Notes: a model not told the origin generated them from the letters alone. DNA of 64,000 bases from an uncultured Clostridia bacterium (GCA_934154445.1 CAKPGC010000006.1:3942-67941); one strand, 5' to 3'; shown: positions 19,295 to 29,585, counted from the first letter of the stretch. Translations and numbers: made by a program.

Positions 19295-20183
19295 TAGGTT
19301 AGAGTTATTAAAAGAATGTATTAGTGCATGTATAAATCAAAAACAAAAATTTGAAAAAATTTTTGTAATAAATAATGCTAGTACGGATGGTACAAAAGAA
19401 TATTTAGAAGAATTAAAAGTTGAAAATTTAGAGATTATTAATTCAAAAGAAAACTTAGGCGGAGCAGGAGGATTCTATTTAGGTATAGAAAAATCAATGC
19501 AATATCCTTTGGATTATTTATTACTTATTGACGATGATGCTATACTTGATTATAATTATAATAAGGAAATTATTAAATTCATGAAAAAAAATGAAGGAGA
19601 TATATGTGCATATTCTGGTACAGTAAAAACAAATAATATTATACAAACTGAACATAGGCGTCATTTGAATAAAGGATTTAAATGCATTGATAGTAATTTG
19701 AGCGAGTATAATTTAGATTATTTTGATTATGATTTATCTACATTTTGTGGAATATACATATCAATGGAAATCATAAGAAAAATTGGTTTACCATGTAAAG
19801 AATTTTTTATATGGTTTGATGATACAGAATATTCATTAAGAATTAGAAAATATGGTAGAATACGAAATGTTAATAAAGCATATCTTAATCATAAAACCAA
19901 AATTTTCAATTCAAAAGGGTATAATTGGAAGTCTTATTATGGATTAAGAAATCAAATTGTAATAATAAGAAAGTATTTTTCTAAATTTACGCTTATAAAA
20001 TTTACTACATTAATGTGCTTTTATATTATAGCTGGTAAAATTATGAGAATATTAAAAAATGATGAATATTATAACAAAGTTTCAGAGATATACAAAGATT
20101 CTTTATTAGATGGAATTAATGATAATATGGGAAAAAATGATAAATATATTCCAGGAGTTGAGTTTAAGAAAAGGAGAGAGTGA
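19263..20183 (+). CDS. glycosyltransferase family 2
   Basis: MKLGVVIVTYNRLELLKECI...NNASTDGT...LIDDD motifs. Confidence 0.75.
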   Translation: MKLGVVIVTYNRLELLKECISACINQKQKFEKIFVINNASTDGTKEYLEELKVENLEIINSKENLGGAGGFYLGIEKSMQYPLDYLLLIDDDAILDYNYNKEIIKFMKKNEGDICAYSGTVKTNNIIQTEHRRHLNKGFKCIDSNLSEYNLDYFDYDLSTFCGIYISMEIIRKIGLPCKEFFIWFDDTEYSLRIRKYGRIRNVNKAYLNHKTKIFNSKGYNWKSYYGLRNQIVIIRKYFSKFTLIKFTTLMCFYIIAGKIMRILKNDEYYNKVSEIYKDSLLDGINDNMGKNDKYIPGVEFKKRRE

Positions 20184-20185
20184 TT

Positions 20186-21508
20186 ATGAAAATAGTTTAT
20201 GTTGGAGATAATAGAAATAGAGGAAATTTTGGTTGCCGTGCTACAAGTACAGCCTTATCACAGATAATTTCTAAAGACAACGAAATTGTAGGTAGAATTT
20301 ATGGCAAATATACAAATGTCGACACTGGAGAATTGTTTTTTTATCAGCATTTTCCAGCTTGGATATATAAAAGGTTATCCAAATTTAAATATTGGGATTA
20401 TTTAAAAAAGGGTTTATATTTATTTAATAGAATGTTAAAAAAAGGACATTATTATTTCAGTAACTTTGACTTTATTGATTATGATTTTGATAAATCGATT
20501 GAAAATTTAATTAGGTGCTTACCAGCAAATCCAAATTTAAGAGAGTTTGATTTAAGACAATACGATTTTGATGCTTTAGTAGTAAATGGCGAGGGGTCTT
20601 TTATATTTGCAACACCACCATGGAGAGAATGTTTAGTAGAAGCAATGTTGATGTATTGGGCAGAAAAAATGGGTAAAAAGGTATATTATCTAAATGGAAT
20701 GCTCTCTGATGATCCATATTCAGAACATAATAAAAAAACAATAGAATTAATAAAACCAATTTTTAGTAAAGCAGAAGTGGTTTCAGTTAGAGAAAAATAT
20801 TCATACAAATATGCGGAAGAAAATTTTTCAAATATAAACTTAAAACATTATCCAGATGCACTTTTTTCATGGTATAAATATGTAAATGATGAATTTAAAA
20901 TTAATGATGGAAAGTATATTATGGGAATGTCAGGAGCAACAGATAGTTCATTTTATGAATTTGATTTTTCTAAACCATATATATGTATTTCTGGATCATC
21001 ATCGGTTGGTGTAGCTGCATCATCTAAAGAAGAAATAATATATATATATAAACAGTTAGTAACAGAAGTAAAAGAAGCATTTCCAGATTTAAATGTTTTC
21101 TTAGTGGACGTATGTGAAGGAGATGATTTTTTGAATGATGTATCAAAAGAAACAAAGACACCTATAATTTCAATTGATACACCTATTTTATCTGCTGCGA
21201 AAATTTTGGCAAATGCTAGAGTATATATATCTGGAAGGTATCATCCTTCTATTTTAGCATCATTAGGTGGTACACCATGTGTGTTTATGTCATCAAATTC
21301 TCATAAAACATTAAGTGTGCAAGAACTATTGAAATATGAAATAATTAAAGAATTTAATGTTTTACCAGATAAAGAAGAACGAAAAAAAATTATTGAATTA
21401 GCTAGAAATAGAATTAATGAAGGTGAAACACTTAGAAAAAAAATTCAAACAAGATGTTATGAACTATCAGAAGAAACATTAAAACAACAAGAATTATTTA
21501 AGGAGTAA
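20186..21508 (+). CDS. polysaccharide pyruvyl transferase family protein
   Basis: VGDNRNRGNFGC N-terminus and C-terminal SGRYHPSILASLGGTPCV motif; AAGGAG RBS 9 nt before ATG 20186. Confidence 0.6.
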   Translation: MKIVYVGDNRNRGNFGCRATSTALSQIISKDNEIVGRIYGKYTNVDTGELFFYQHFPAWIYKRLSKFKYWDYLKKGLYLFNRMLKKGHYYFSNFDFIDYDFDKSIENLIRCLPANPNLREFDLRQYDFDALVVNGEGSFIFATPPWRECLVEAMLMYWAEKMGKKVYYLNGMLSDDPYSEHNKKTIELIKPIFSKAEVVSVREKYSYKYAEENFSNINLKHYPDALFSWYKYVNDEFKINDGKYIMGMSGATDSSFYEFDFSKPYICISGSSSVGVAASSKEEIIYIYKQLVTEVKEAFPDLNVFLVDVCEGDDFLNDVSKETKTPIISIDTPILSAAKILANARVYISGRYHPSILASLGGTPCVFMSSNSHKTLSVQELLKYEIIKEFNVLPDKEERKKIIELARNRINEGETLRKKIQTRCYELSEETLKQQELFKE

Positions 21509-21511
21509 TAA

Positions 21512-22930
21512 TTGAATATGGACAAGAATAAAATTTTAGCAAAAAATACAATAATTTTAGGTATAGGTCAATTTATACCTAAAATTATTGCTATGATAAC
21601 ATTACCAATTTTAACAAAAGCGTTTACAACAGATGAATATGGTATTTATGATTTAATTATTTCTTTTTCTAGCTTAGCGCTCCCATTGATGACATTATTA
21701 ATACAACAGGCTGTTTTTAGATTCTTAATTAATGAAGAAAATGAAGAAAAAAGCAAATTATATATAACTAATTCAATAGTATTTATAAGTTTACTTTCTT
21801 TAAGTTTATTTTTTATAATTATTATTGTAGGTAGTTTTATAGGTATAGATTTAAAGCTTCTGATTATTGCTTTTTTGGTTTATTTTGCAGAATCACTGTA
21901 TGACTTGTTTGGACAGATTGCAAGAGGATATGGAAAGAATATGTTATTCTCTACAGCTGTAATAATGTATTCAGTAGTAAATATGATATTGTTGGTTGTA
22001 ACTCTTTGGATTAATAATATTAATATTATTAATGTATTAATTATAATACTAATTTCTTATATAATAGCATTAATATATTTATTTTTAAAGTTAAATATAA
22101 AAAACGTATTTAATAAAAAATATATATCTTTTTCAGTTATAAAAGATTTATTAGTTTACTCAATTCCAATTATTCCAAGTTCAATATCGTTATGGGTGGT
22201 TAATTTATCTGATCGTGTTGTTATTACATATTTTTTAGGTGCAGCATACAATGGAATTTATGCTGCGGCATCAAAAATTCCAAATTTATTTGGAACAGTA
22301 TATAATGTATTTAATTTAGCTTGGACCGAATTAGCATCAAGAAGTATTAAAGAAAGTGACATCTCAGATTATTATAGTAGATTATTTAATAGTTTATATT
22401 CATTTTTAATAGGGATAATGATTCTACTTATCACTGTATCACCTATAATGTTTAATGTATTAGTTGATAATAAATTTAGTGAAGGATATTTTCAAATACC
22501 AATATTATTTATCGGAGTTCTATTAAGTTGTTTTGTATCATTTTATGGTGGATTGTATATAGCATTAAAGAAAACAAAACAAGTTGGGATATCATCATTT
22601 ATGGGATGTATTTTAAATGTTGCTATTAATGTTGTCTTTATAAAAAAAGTGGGAATATATGCAGCATCTATTTCAACATTAGTATCATTTCTTGTTATTT
22701 TAATTTATAGATTTTTTGAAACAAAAAAATTTATAAAAATAAAATACAATTATTATAATATATGCATTGGAATTATTTGTTTATTAATTAGTGTTTTTTG
22801 TTTTTATGAGAATAACTTTTTATTTTTTATTTTTAATATAATTATAACCATAATTTATAACTGCTTTTTTAATAAATTTTTAATTTCTATTAAAAGTATT
22901 ATAGTATCTAAATTAAAAAAGAAAAATTAA
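21512..22930 (+). CDS. Wzx-type oligosaccharide flippase (MOP superfamily)
   Basis: About 12-14 TM, typical KNTIILGIGQFIPKII N-terminus; TTG 21512 or ATG 21518. Confidence 0.75.
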   Translation: MNMDKNKILAKNTIILGIGQFIPKIIAMITLPILTKAFTTDEYGIYDLIISFSSLALPLMTLLIQQAVFRFLINEENEEKSKLYITNSIVFISLLSLSLFFIIIIVGSFIGIDLKLLIIAFLVYFAESLYDLFGQIARGYGKNMLFSTAVIMYSVVNMILLVVTLWINNINIINVLIIILISYIIALIYLFLKLNIKNVFNKKYISFSVIKDLLVYSIPIIPSSISLWVVNLSDRVVITYFLGAAYNGIYAAASKIPNLFGTVYNVFNLAWTELASRSIKESDISDYYSRLFNSLYSFLIGIMILLITVSPIMFNVLVDNKFSEGYFQIPILFIGVLLSCFVSFYGGLYIALKKTKQVGISSFMGCILNVAINVVFIKKVGIYAASISTLVSFLVILIYRFFETKKFIKIKYNYYNICIGIICLLISVFCFYENNFLFFIFNIIITIIYNCFFNKFLISIKSIIVSKLKKKN

Positions 22931-22985
22931 ATATTTAATACACATAAAAAAATTAAATAAATGTAATAAAGAAAGGTGAACATAT

Positions 22986-24131
22986 ATGAAATATGATTAT
23001 TTAGTTGTAGGCTCAGGCTTATTTGGTTCAATATTTGCTTATGAGGCAAACAAAAAAGGAAAAAAGTGTTTAGTAATAGATAAGCGTTCACATATTGGAG
23101 GAAATATATATACAGAAAATATAGATGGAATAAATGTGCACAAATATGGAGCACATATATTCCATACAAGTAACAAAGAAGTATGGGATTACATACAACA
23201 ATTTGCGGAATTTAATAGATATACAAATTCTCCGGTAGCAAGATATAAAGATGAGTTATATAATTTGCCATTTAATTTAAACACATTTTCACGTATGTTT
23301 AATTTAATAACACCTAAAGATATAGAGAAAAAACTTAATGAAGAAAGAAAAGAAGGATTAGAAAAATTAAATGGAAAAGAACCATCTAATCTAGAGGAGC
23401 AAGCTATATCTTTAGTTGGAACAACAGTATATGAAAAATTAATAAAAGGATATACAGAAAAACAATGGGGTATGCCTTGTACAGAATTACCATCATTTAT
23501 TATTAAAAGACTACCTGTAAGAATGATTTATGACAATAATTATTTTAATGATAAGTATCAAGGTATTCCAATAGGAGGATATACACAAATAATAGAAAAA
23601 ATGTTAGATGGAATAGATGTAAAATTAAATTACGATTTCTTTAAACATAGAGATGAACTAGAAAATATAGCAGAAAAAATAGTATTTACAGGACAAATTG
23701 ATAAGTATTATGACTATAAATTTGGAAAACTTGAATATAGAAGTGTAAGATTCGAAACAGAAGAATTAGACATAGACAATTATCAGGGGAATGCAGTTGT
23801 AAATTACACAGATAAAGAAGTACCATATACTAGAATAATAGAACATAAACACTTTGAACAAGGAAAACAATTGGGAAATGAAATAACAGAAGGACCATCT
23901 TTGGGAAAAACAATTATTTCTAAAGAATATTCAGATAAATGGGATGCTTCAAAAGAACCATATTATCCAATAAATAATGAAAGAAATAATAAACTTTATT
24001 TAAAATATGAAAATTTAGCAAAAGAAGATAAAAATATTATATTTGGTGGAAGGCTAGGACAATATAAATATTTTGATATGGATAAAATAATTGTTGAAGT
24101 ATTAAAATGCGTAAAGGAAGAATTAAAGTAA
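22986..24131 (+). CDS. glf: UDP-galactopyranose mutase
   Basis: YDYLVVGSGLFGSIFA...IDKRSHIGGN...HKYGAHIFHT...YYPIN...GRLGQYKY. Confidence 0.9.
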   Translation: MKYDYLVVGSGLFGSIFAYEANKKGKKCLVIDKRSHIGGNIYTENIDGINVHKYGAHIFHTSNKEVWDYIQQFAEFNRYTNSPVARYKDELYNLPFNLNTFSRMFNLITPKDIEKKLNEERKEGLEKLNGKEPSNLEEQAISLVGTTVYEKLIKGYTEKQWGMPCTELPSFIIKRLPVRMIYDNNYFNDKYQGIPIGGYTQIIEKMLDGIDVKLNYDFFKHRDELENIAEKIVFTGQIDKYYDYKFGKLEYRSVRFETEELDIDNYQGNAVVNYTDKEVPYTRIIEHKHFEQGKQLGNEITEGPSLGKTIISKEYSDKWDASKEPYYPINNERNNKLYLKYENLAKEDKNIIFGGRLGQYKYFDMDKIIVEVLKCVKEELK

Positions 24132-24292
24132 AAATAATACAAAATATAGTGAATAAAAAACAATTAAATAAATCTACACATTAATATTGCTTCGAATAAA
24201 ATGGTTCAACAAAACGAGAAGTAGAAATTTTAGTTATGCAAAATTTTGGAATATATAAAAAATTAATAAAGTGTAAATGTAAATAAAAAATA

Positions 24293-24339
24293 TACATTTT
24301 TAAATGTAAAAGTAAAATACATTTAAAAATGTATTTTTT
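24293..24339. terminator. 16-bp perfect inverted repeat (terminator-like, all A/T-rich) splitting the EPS locus
   Basis: TACATTTTTAAATGTA (24293-24308) and TACATTTAAAAATGTA (24318-24333) followed by T6. Confidence 0.45.
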
Positions 24340-24384
24340 GAATTAATTTAACAAAAAAATTATCAACTTTTTATAATAAATTAC

Positions 24385-24413
24385 TTGATACAAAAAACAC
24401 AATATGATAAAAT
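24385..24413 (+). promoter_or_regulatory. candidate promoter of the wzz/kinase/phosphatase module
   Basis: TTGATA, 17-nt spacer, TG-n-TAAAAT. Confidence 0.45.
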
Positions 24414-24450
24414 AATCACATACTGAAAATATCAAAAGAGGAGAGAAAAA

Positions 24451-25164
24451 ATGGAAGAATTAGATTTAAAAGAATTACTAATGTTATTTTGGAACAAAAA
24501 AGTAAAAATATTACTAATAGTAGCAATATTCGTACTAATCGGAATAATATACACAATAGGATTTATAACACCAGTATACACATCATCAACAACACTACTT
24601 TTAGCATCATCAGGAAGTTCTTCAGACAAAACAAACACAACAATAACAACAACTGATATAACACTAAACTCAAAACTAGTATCAACATACAGTACACTAG
24701 TACAAAGTAAAAGCGTATTAAGACAAGTTATATCAAACTTAGGAATGGATGATCTAAAAGAAGAAGAATTAAAAAATAATATAACAGTAAGCCAAGAAAA
24801 GGATACAGAAATAATAAGACTTTCTGTAACAAATAAAAATGCAACAACAGCAGCAAAATTAGCAAATGAAACAGCAAAAGTTTTCATTGAAAGAGTATCA
24901 GATATATACAAAATCAACAACGTACAAATTGTTGACCAAGCAGAAGTTGAAACATCACCATCAAATATAAATCATGCAAAAGATGTAATGATATTTGCCT
25001 TTGCGGGAATTGTTGTAGCAGCAATGTATGTATTAATTGCAAATATGTTAGATACAACAATAAAATCAGCAGAAGAAGTAGAAAAAGAATTCAAAGTACC
25101 AGTACTTGCATCAATACCATTATATAACTTTGAACCAGCAAAAAAAGGAGGTAAGAAGAAATAA
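24451..25164 (+). CDS. Wzz/CpsC-type chain-length determinant (tyrosine-kinase modulator)
   Basis: TM, ~150 aa loop, TM topology; IDLKELLMLFWNKK N-terminus typical of CpsC/YwqC. Confidence 0.8.
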   Translation: MEELDLKELLMLFWNKKVKILLIVAIFVLIGIIYTIGFITPVYTSSTTLLLASSGSSSDKTNTTITTTDITLNSKLVSTYSTLVQSKSVLRQVISNLGMDDLKEEELKNNITVSQEKDTEIIRLSVTNKNATTAAKLANETAKVFIERVSDIYKINNVQIVDQAEVETSPSNINHAKDVMIFAFAGIVVAAMYVLIANMLDTTIKSAEEVEKEFKVPVLASIPLYNFEPAKKGGKKK

Positions 25165-26123
25165 TGAAACTAAAGAAAGAACTAATTGCTCAAAGAGATC
25201 CTAAATCACCAGTATCAGAGGTATTTAGAACATTAAGAACAAATATACAATTCATGAGTACAAATAAAAAATTAAAAACATTATTGATAACATCAACATT
25301 TCCTAGCGAGGGAAAAAGTTGGGTTGCCTCTAATCTTGCTGTAACATTTGCACAAGCTGGTAATAAGGTAATTTTAATAGATGCAGATATGAGAAAAGGA
25401 AGACAATATACAATATTTGGAGTATCACCAAGACCAGGACTTTCAAATTATCTATCTGGAATAGATGCAGAAAATCCTGATGAAATAGATTTATCAAGGT
25501 ATATACAAAAAACAGAAGTAGAAAACCTATTAATAATGACAGCTGGAAATATACCACCAAACCCATCAGAACTACTAGTATCACCACAAATGAATAAATT
25601 ATTAGAAGATTTAAAAGAAGTATGTGATATAGTAATAATTGATGGAACACCATGTGAACTAGTTACAGACTCAATAATTTTATCAAGAATAGTTGATTCT
25701 ACAGTAATTGTAACAGCATATAAAGAAACAAAAAAGGACAACCTTGAAAAAATAATAAGAAACATTCAAAATGTAGGTGGACATTTAGCAGGAGTAGTTG
25801 TAAACAAAATGCCTATATCTATAAAAAAATATAATGAAAATTACTATTATGCATCTACAAGTGGTTCAACATTAGATAAAAAAGCTATAGCACAAAATAA
25901 TGCTGCTGAAATAAAAAGAAAAGCAGACAATATAATTAAGCAAAATTCAAATTCATACAAAAAACCGGAATACCCAGAAACAAATAGTATAAATAGTGAG
26001 AATTTGGCAAGACCGGATTTCCTTAAAAATAATAGGGATGAAAGTGCAGCAGTAGACAGAACAAGTGATATATTAAATCAAATAAACTCATATTTAGACC
26101 AAGAAAAGAAAAATTTAAACTAA
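25164..26123 (+). CDS. CpsD/CapB-type bacterial tyrosine kinase with extended C-terminus
   Basis: Walker A SEGKSW, A' VILIDADMRK, B VIIDGTP; Tyr cluster NENYYYAS followed by ~90 extra residues. Confidence 0.85.
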   Translation: MKLKKELIAQRDPKSPVSEVFRTLRTNIQFMSTNKKLKTLLITSTFPSEGKSWVASNLAVTFAQAGNKVILIDADMRKGRQYTIFGVSPRPGLSNYLSGIDAENPDEIDLSRYIQKTEVENLLIMTAGNIPPNPSELLVSPQMNKLLEDLKEVCDIVIIDGTPCELVTDSIILSRIVDSTVIVTAYKETKKDNLEKIIRNIQNVGGHLAGVVVNKMPISIKKYNENYYYASTSGSTLDKKAIAQNNAAEIKRKADNIIKQNSNSYKKPEYPETNSINSENLARPDFLKNNRDESAAVDRTSDILNQINSYLDQEKKNLN

Positions 26124-26145
26124 CTTAAGAAGAGGGAGAACAACA

Positions 26146-26928
26146 ATGATAGACTTTCATACACACATAATACCAAATATTGATGACGGATCAAGAAGTA
26201 TAGAAGAAACATTTAACCTAATACAAGAAGCGAAGGAAGCCGGATTCGAAGGCATAGTATTAACATCACATTACATAGAAAATTATTATGAAACTGATGT
26301 ACCAGAAAGAGATGTATGGGTAAAAGCAATAAGTGATAATTTAAGAACTAAAGGAATAGAAACAAATTTATATTTGGGAAACGAAATATATATGTCAGAC
26401 AACATGATGAATTTGTTAATAGATGGAAAAGCATCAACAATAAATAATAGTAGCTATGTTTTATTTGAAATGCCATTAAATGCAGAGCCAATGAATTTAT
26501 ATGATGTAATTTATTCTCTACAAGAAAATAAGCTTATACCAGTACTTGCACATCCAGAAAGATATAGTTTTATTCAAAAAGAACCAGAACTTGTATATGA
26601 CCTAATTGAAAAGGGAGTATTAATGCAAGCAAATTATGGAAGCATTCTAGGGCAATATGGAGAAAAAGCTCAAATAATTGTAAGAAGATTTTTTGAAAAC
26701 AATATGATACATTTCTTAGGAAGTGATGTTCATAGACAAAATACCATATATAAAAGAATTCCTCATGCTTTAGAGGAAATCAAAGAAATAATTGGAGAGA
26801 AAAAACTACAAGAAATTACAACAATAAACCCAAAATTAGCTTTGGAAAATAAAAAAATAGATATAGAAGACCCAGAGGAATTTTCATTAACATTAAAAGA
26901 AAAATTAATAATGTATCTAAAAAGATAA
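26146..26928 (+). CDS. CpsB/YwqE-type PHP-family tyrosine phosphatase
   Basis: MIDFHTHIIPNIDDGS...LAHPERY...GSDVH metal-ligand motifs. Confidence 0.85.
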   Translation: MIDFHTHIIPNIDDGSRSIEETFNLIQEAKEAGFEGIVLTSHYIENYYETDVPERDVWVKAISDNLRTKGIETNLYLGNEIYMSDNMMNLLIDGKASTINNSSYVLFEMPLNAEPMNLYDVIYSLQENKLIPVLAHPERYSFIQKEPELVYDLIEKGVLMQANYGSILGQYGEKAQIIVRRFFENNMIHFLGSDVHRQNTIYKRIPHALEEIKEIIGEKKLQEITTINPKLALENKKIDIEDPEEFSLTLKEKLIMYLKR

Positions 26929-26942
26929 TATATATTAAAAAG

Positions 26943-26980
26943 AAAACTGTTTTTTGGGACGGAGAAAAACAGTTTTTTCT
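26943..26980 (+). terminator. terminator-like hairpin at the end of the EPS locus
   Basis: AAAACTGTTTTT / AAAAACAGTTTT 12-bp stem running into a T-run. Confidence 0.5.
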
Positions 26981-27043
26981 GAATATAGAAAAAATTTCAT
27001 TTCCGTCACCAAAACACTTTAAAGTCGAAGGGAAGTAAAAGCA

Positions 27044-28408
27044 ATGAGAAAATATTTTGGAACAGATGGTATAAGAAGAATAGCTAATACAGAACTCACA
27101 CCGGAGCTAGTGTATAAAGTAGCAAAAGCAGGAGCCTATGTATTATCAAAACACACAAACCATACACCAACTATACTAATAGGAAGGGACACAAGAATAT
27201 CAGGAACTTTAATAGAAAGTGCGATGGTTGCAGGTTTTCTAAGTTATGGTGCCAATGTTAAATTACTAGGAGTAATACCAACACCAGCAGTTGCATATCT
27301 AACAAGAGCATTACAAGCAGATGCAAGTGTAGTTATATCAGCATCACATAACACTTATGAATTTAATGGTATAAAATACTTTAGTAATAAAGGAATGAAA
27401 ATACCAGATACTTTAGAAGAAGAAATAGAAGAAGTAATGGATTCTGGAAAGATAGATGAATTAACAGCAGTAAGCAATAAGATTGGTGTGTCTGAATATA
27501 GAGCTGATTTGTTAGACGAATATGTATATTTTTTTAGAAAAAATTTTGATGATAATATTGAAAAAATAAACAGAGCTGATTTTATTATAGGATTGGACAC
27601 TGCAAATGGAGCGACATCAGAGGTAGCAGAAAAAGTGTTCAAGACTTTAGGAATCAAATATAAAATAATAAATAATCATCCTGATGGGATAAATATAAAT
27701 GATGGGTGTGGATCGACACACTTAGAATCATTAAAAAAATTTGTAGTAGAAAATAAACTAAGCTTAGGTGTTGCTTATGATGGAGATGGAGACAGATGTT
27801 TAGCTGTTGACGAGAATGGTAATGAAATAGATGGTGATATGATAATGGCAATCATATCAAATTATTTAAGAAAAAAAGGAAAACTGGAAAAAAATACAAT
27901 TGTAGCAACAATAATGAGCAATTTAGGATTACACAAATATGCAAAAGACAATGGATTAGAAATTGTGCAAACAAAAGTTGGGGATAGATACGTATTAGAA
28001 GAAATGTTAAAAAATGGATATAATCTAGGAGGAGAACAATCAGGACATGTAATTTTACTAGACTACAATCCAACAGGTGACGGAATATTGACATCACTAA
28101 TGCTAATCCAAGCAATTTTAGAAGAGAATACAACAGCATCAAAAATAGCAGAAATAATAAAACTATATCCACAAGTACTAATAAATGCAAAAGTAAATTC
28201 AGATAGAAAATATGATTATGACAAAGATATAGAAATAAAAAATGCAATAGAAAAATTAGAAAAAGAATTTGCTGGAAATGGAAGAGTTTTAATTAGACCT
28301 TCAGGAACAGAACCACTTGTTAGAGTTATGATAGAAGGAGAAAACCAAGAATATATAACAGAAAAAGCAAAAGAAATTGCAGATTTAATAGAAGAAAAAT
28401 TAAAATAA
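27044..28408 (+). CDS. glmM: phosphoglucosamine mutase
   Basis: KYFGTDGIR start, active-site SASHNTYEFNGIK, GVAYDGDGDR, GEQSGH. Confidence 0.9.
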   Translation: MRKYFGTDGIRRIANTELTPELVYKVAKAGAYVLSKHTNHTPTILIGRDTRISGTLIESAMVAGFLSYGANVKLLGVIPTPAVAYLTRALQADASVVISASHNTYEFNGIKYFSNKGMKIPDTLEEEIEEVMDSGKIDELTAVSNKIGVSEYRADLLDEYVYFFRKNFDDNIEKINRADFIIGLDTANGATSEVAEKVFKTLGIKYKIINNHPDGININDGCGSTHLESLKKFVVENKLSLGVAYDGDGDRCLAVDENGNEIDGDMIMAIISNYLRKKGKLEKNTIVATIMSNLGLHKYAKDNGLEIVQTKVGDRYVLEEMLKNGYNLGGEQSGHVILLDYNPTGDGILTSLMLIQAILEENTTASKIAEIIKLYPQVLINAKVNSDRKYDYDKDIEIKNAIEKLEKEFAGNGRVLIRPSGTEPLVRVMIEGENQEYITEKAKEIADLIEEKLK

Positions 28409-28486
28409 AAATAAAAAAATATTGCAATAAAAAGAAAAAAATGATAATATATTTTTGAAAACAAAAGAAAAAGGAGAGAAAGTAAA

Positions 28487-28828
28487 ATGTTTTTATTTGA
28501 TTTAACAAACTTATTAACATTATTTTTAATATTAGTAGCAACGGTATTAATCATATACCTATCACAAGAAATTAAAAAAAGCATGGTAGCTGTAATACCA
28601 TTATTTGCATTTTTAATAGACTTAATTATACACACAATACAGATGCTAACACTAAAACCAGAATTCTCATATCTATATTCTAAATTGAGTATAAATATGG
28701 CAATCGATTTTGCATTTTTACTTCTAACATTTTTAGCTTACTTATGGGCAGACGATGTGGAAGCTAAAGCACAAAACAAAAAAACTATAAACAGCAAAGG
28801 AATAGATTGGCTATTTAAAGATATATAA
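28487..28828 (+). CDS. small membrane protein, hypothetical
   Basis: Three hydrophobic segments; GGAGAG RBS upstream. Confidence 0.5.
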   Translation: MFLFDLTNLLTLFLILVATVLIIYLSQEIKKSMVAVIPLFAFLIDLIIHTIQMLTLKPEFSYLYSKLSINMAIDFAFLLLTFLAYLWADDVEAKAQNKKTINSKGIDWLFKDI

Positions 28829-28868
28829 AGTTGTCAAAAAGGGATGCTCCTTTTTGACAACTTTTTAA
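28828..28868. terminator. bidirectional terminator
   Basis: Perfect 15-bp stem AAGTTGTCAAAAAGG / CCTTTTTGACAACTT, 6-nt loop, T-run. Confidence 0.75.
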
Positions 28869-29494
28869 GTTCTACATATAGCTTTTACTATAATTCTATT
28901 ATTATTAAAATTATTACAAGTAACAAGAGTTAGAATTTTCGAATTCCCATTAAAAATATAAATGGGTGAAAGATCATCAGGTTTAACTTCATAAATATCA
29001 CATACATAATAAGAAAATTTTTTATTATAACTATCATAAACAATTATTTCATCATTTTCATTCAAAGCTGAAATTCTACTAAAAAATTTATTATTATCAT
29101 AATTATGACCTGCAATACATAAATTTCCAATTTCTCCAGGAAAACAACCGTAAAATCTACAAGGAGAAATTTTTAAAAGTTCATCATTATAATTTGAAAA
29201 TATTGGATAATTAACATTTATTTGTGGTATTTCTATGATTCCTATAACATAAAAATTTTCAATAATTTTAGTTGAATTATAATTTTCATTTAAAGATAAA
29301 TTTGAATATAATTTTGTTATATTATAATTATCCAAAATCTGTTCAGAATACTTTTCATTATGAGACAATTTTATTCTATTATAAAGTACTAGTGTACTAA
29401 TGCAAATTATAAGTATAATAGAAAGATAAAACTGGAATTTTAAAATCCTTTTAAATTTATTATTATTTGAATTTGTTTGCAGAATTTGATTCAT
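28865..29494 (-). CDS. sortase family transpeptidase
   Basis: N-terminal TM, LCIAGHNY, catalytic TLVTCN, downstream Arg (NNRIIV). Confidence 0.8.
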   Translation of the reverse strand: MNQILQTNSNNNKFKRILKFQFYLSIILIICISTLVLYNRIKLSHNEKYSEQILDNYNITKLYSNLSLNENYNSTKIIENFYVIGIIEIPQINVNYPIFSNYNDELLKISPCRFYGCFPGEIGNLCIAGHNYDNNKFFSRISALNENDEIIVYDSYNKKFSYYVCDIYEVKPDDLSPIYIFNGNSKILTLVTCNNFNNNRIIVKAICRT

Positions 29495-29551
29495 AATTTT
29501 ACTCCTTAATATATTATTAACATTAAATTTAATAAATATATACGAAAAGTC

Positions 29552-29579
29552 TTGAAATAAAAAAAATATATGATATAAT
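29552..29579 (+). promoter_or_regulatory. promoter of the T-box leader
   Basis: TTGAAA, 16-nt spacer, TG-n-TATAAT. Confidence 0.5.
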
Positions 29580-29585
29580 TATATA

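Noticed and set aside
26929-27043. Possible glmS-type ribozyme or riboswitch upstream of glmM
   Set aside because: The region is only ~115 nt. It is explained by the EPS-locus terminator hairpin plus a short GACGGA/TCCGTC pairing. The glmS ribozyme belongs upstream of glmS, not glmM, and I saw no conserved core.
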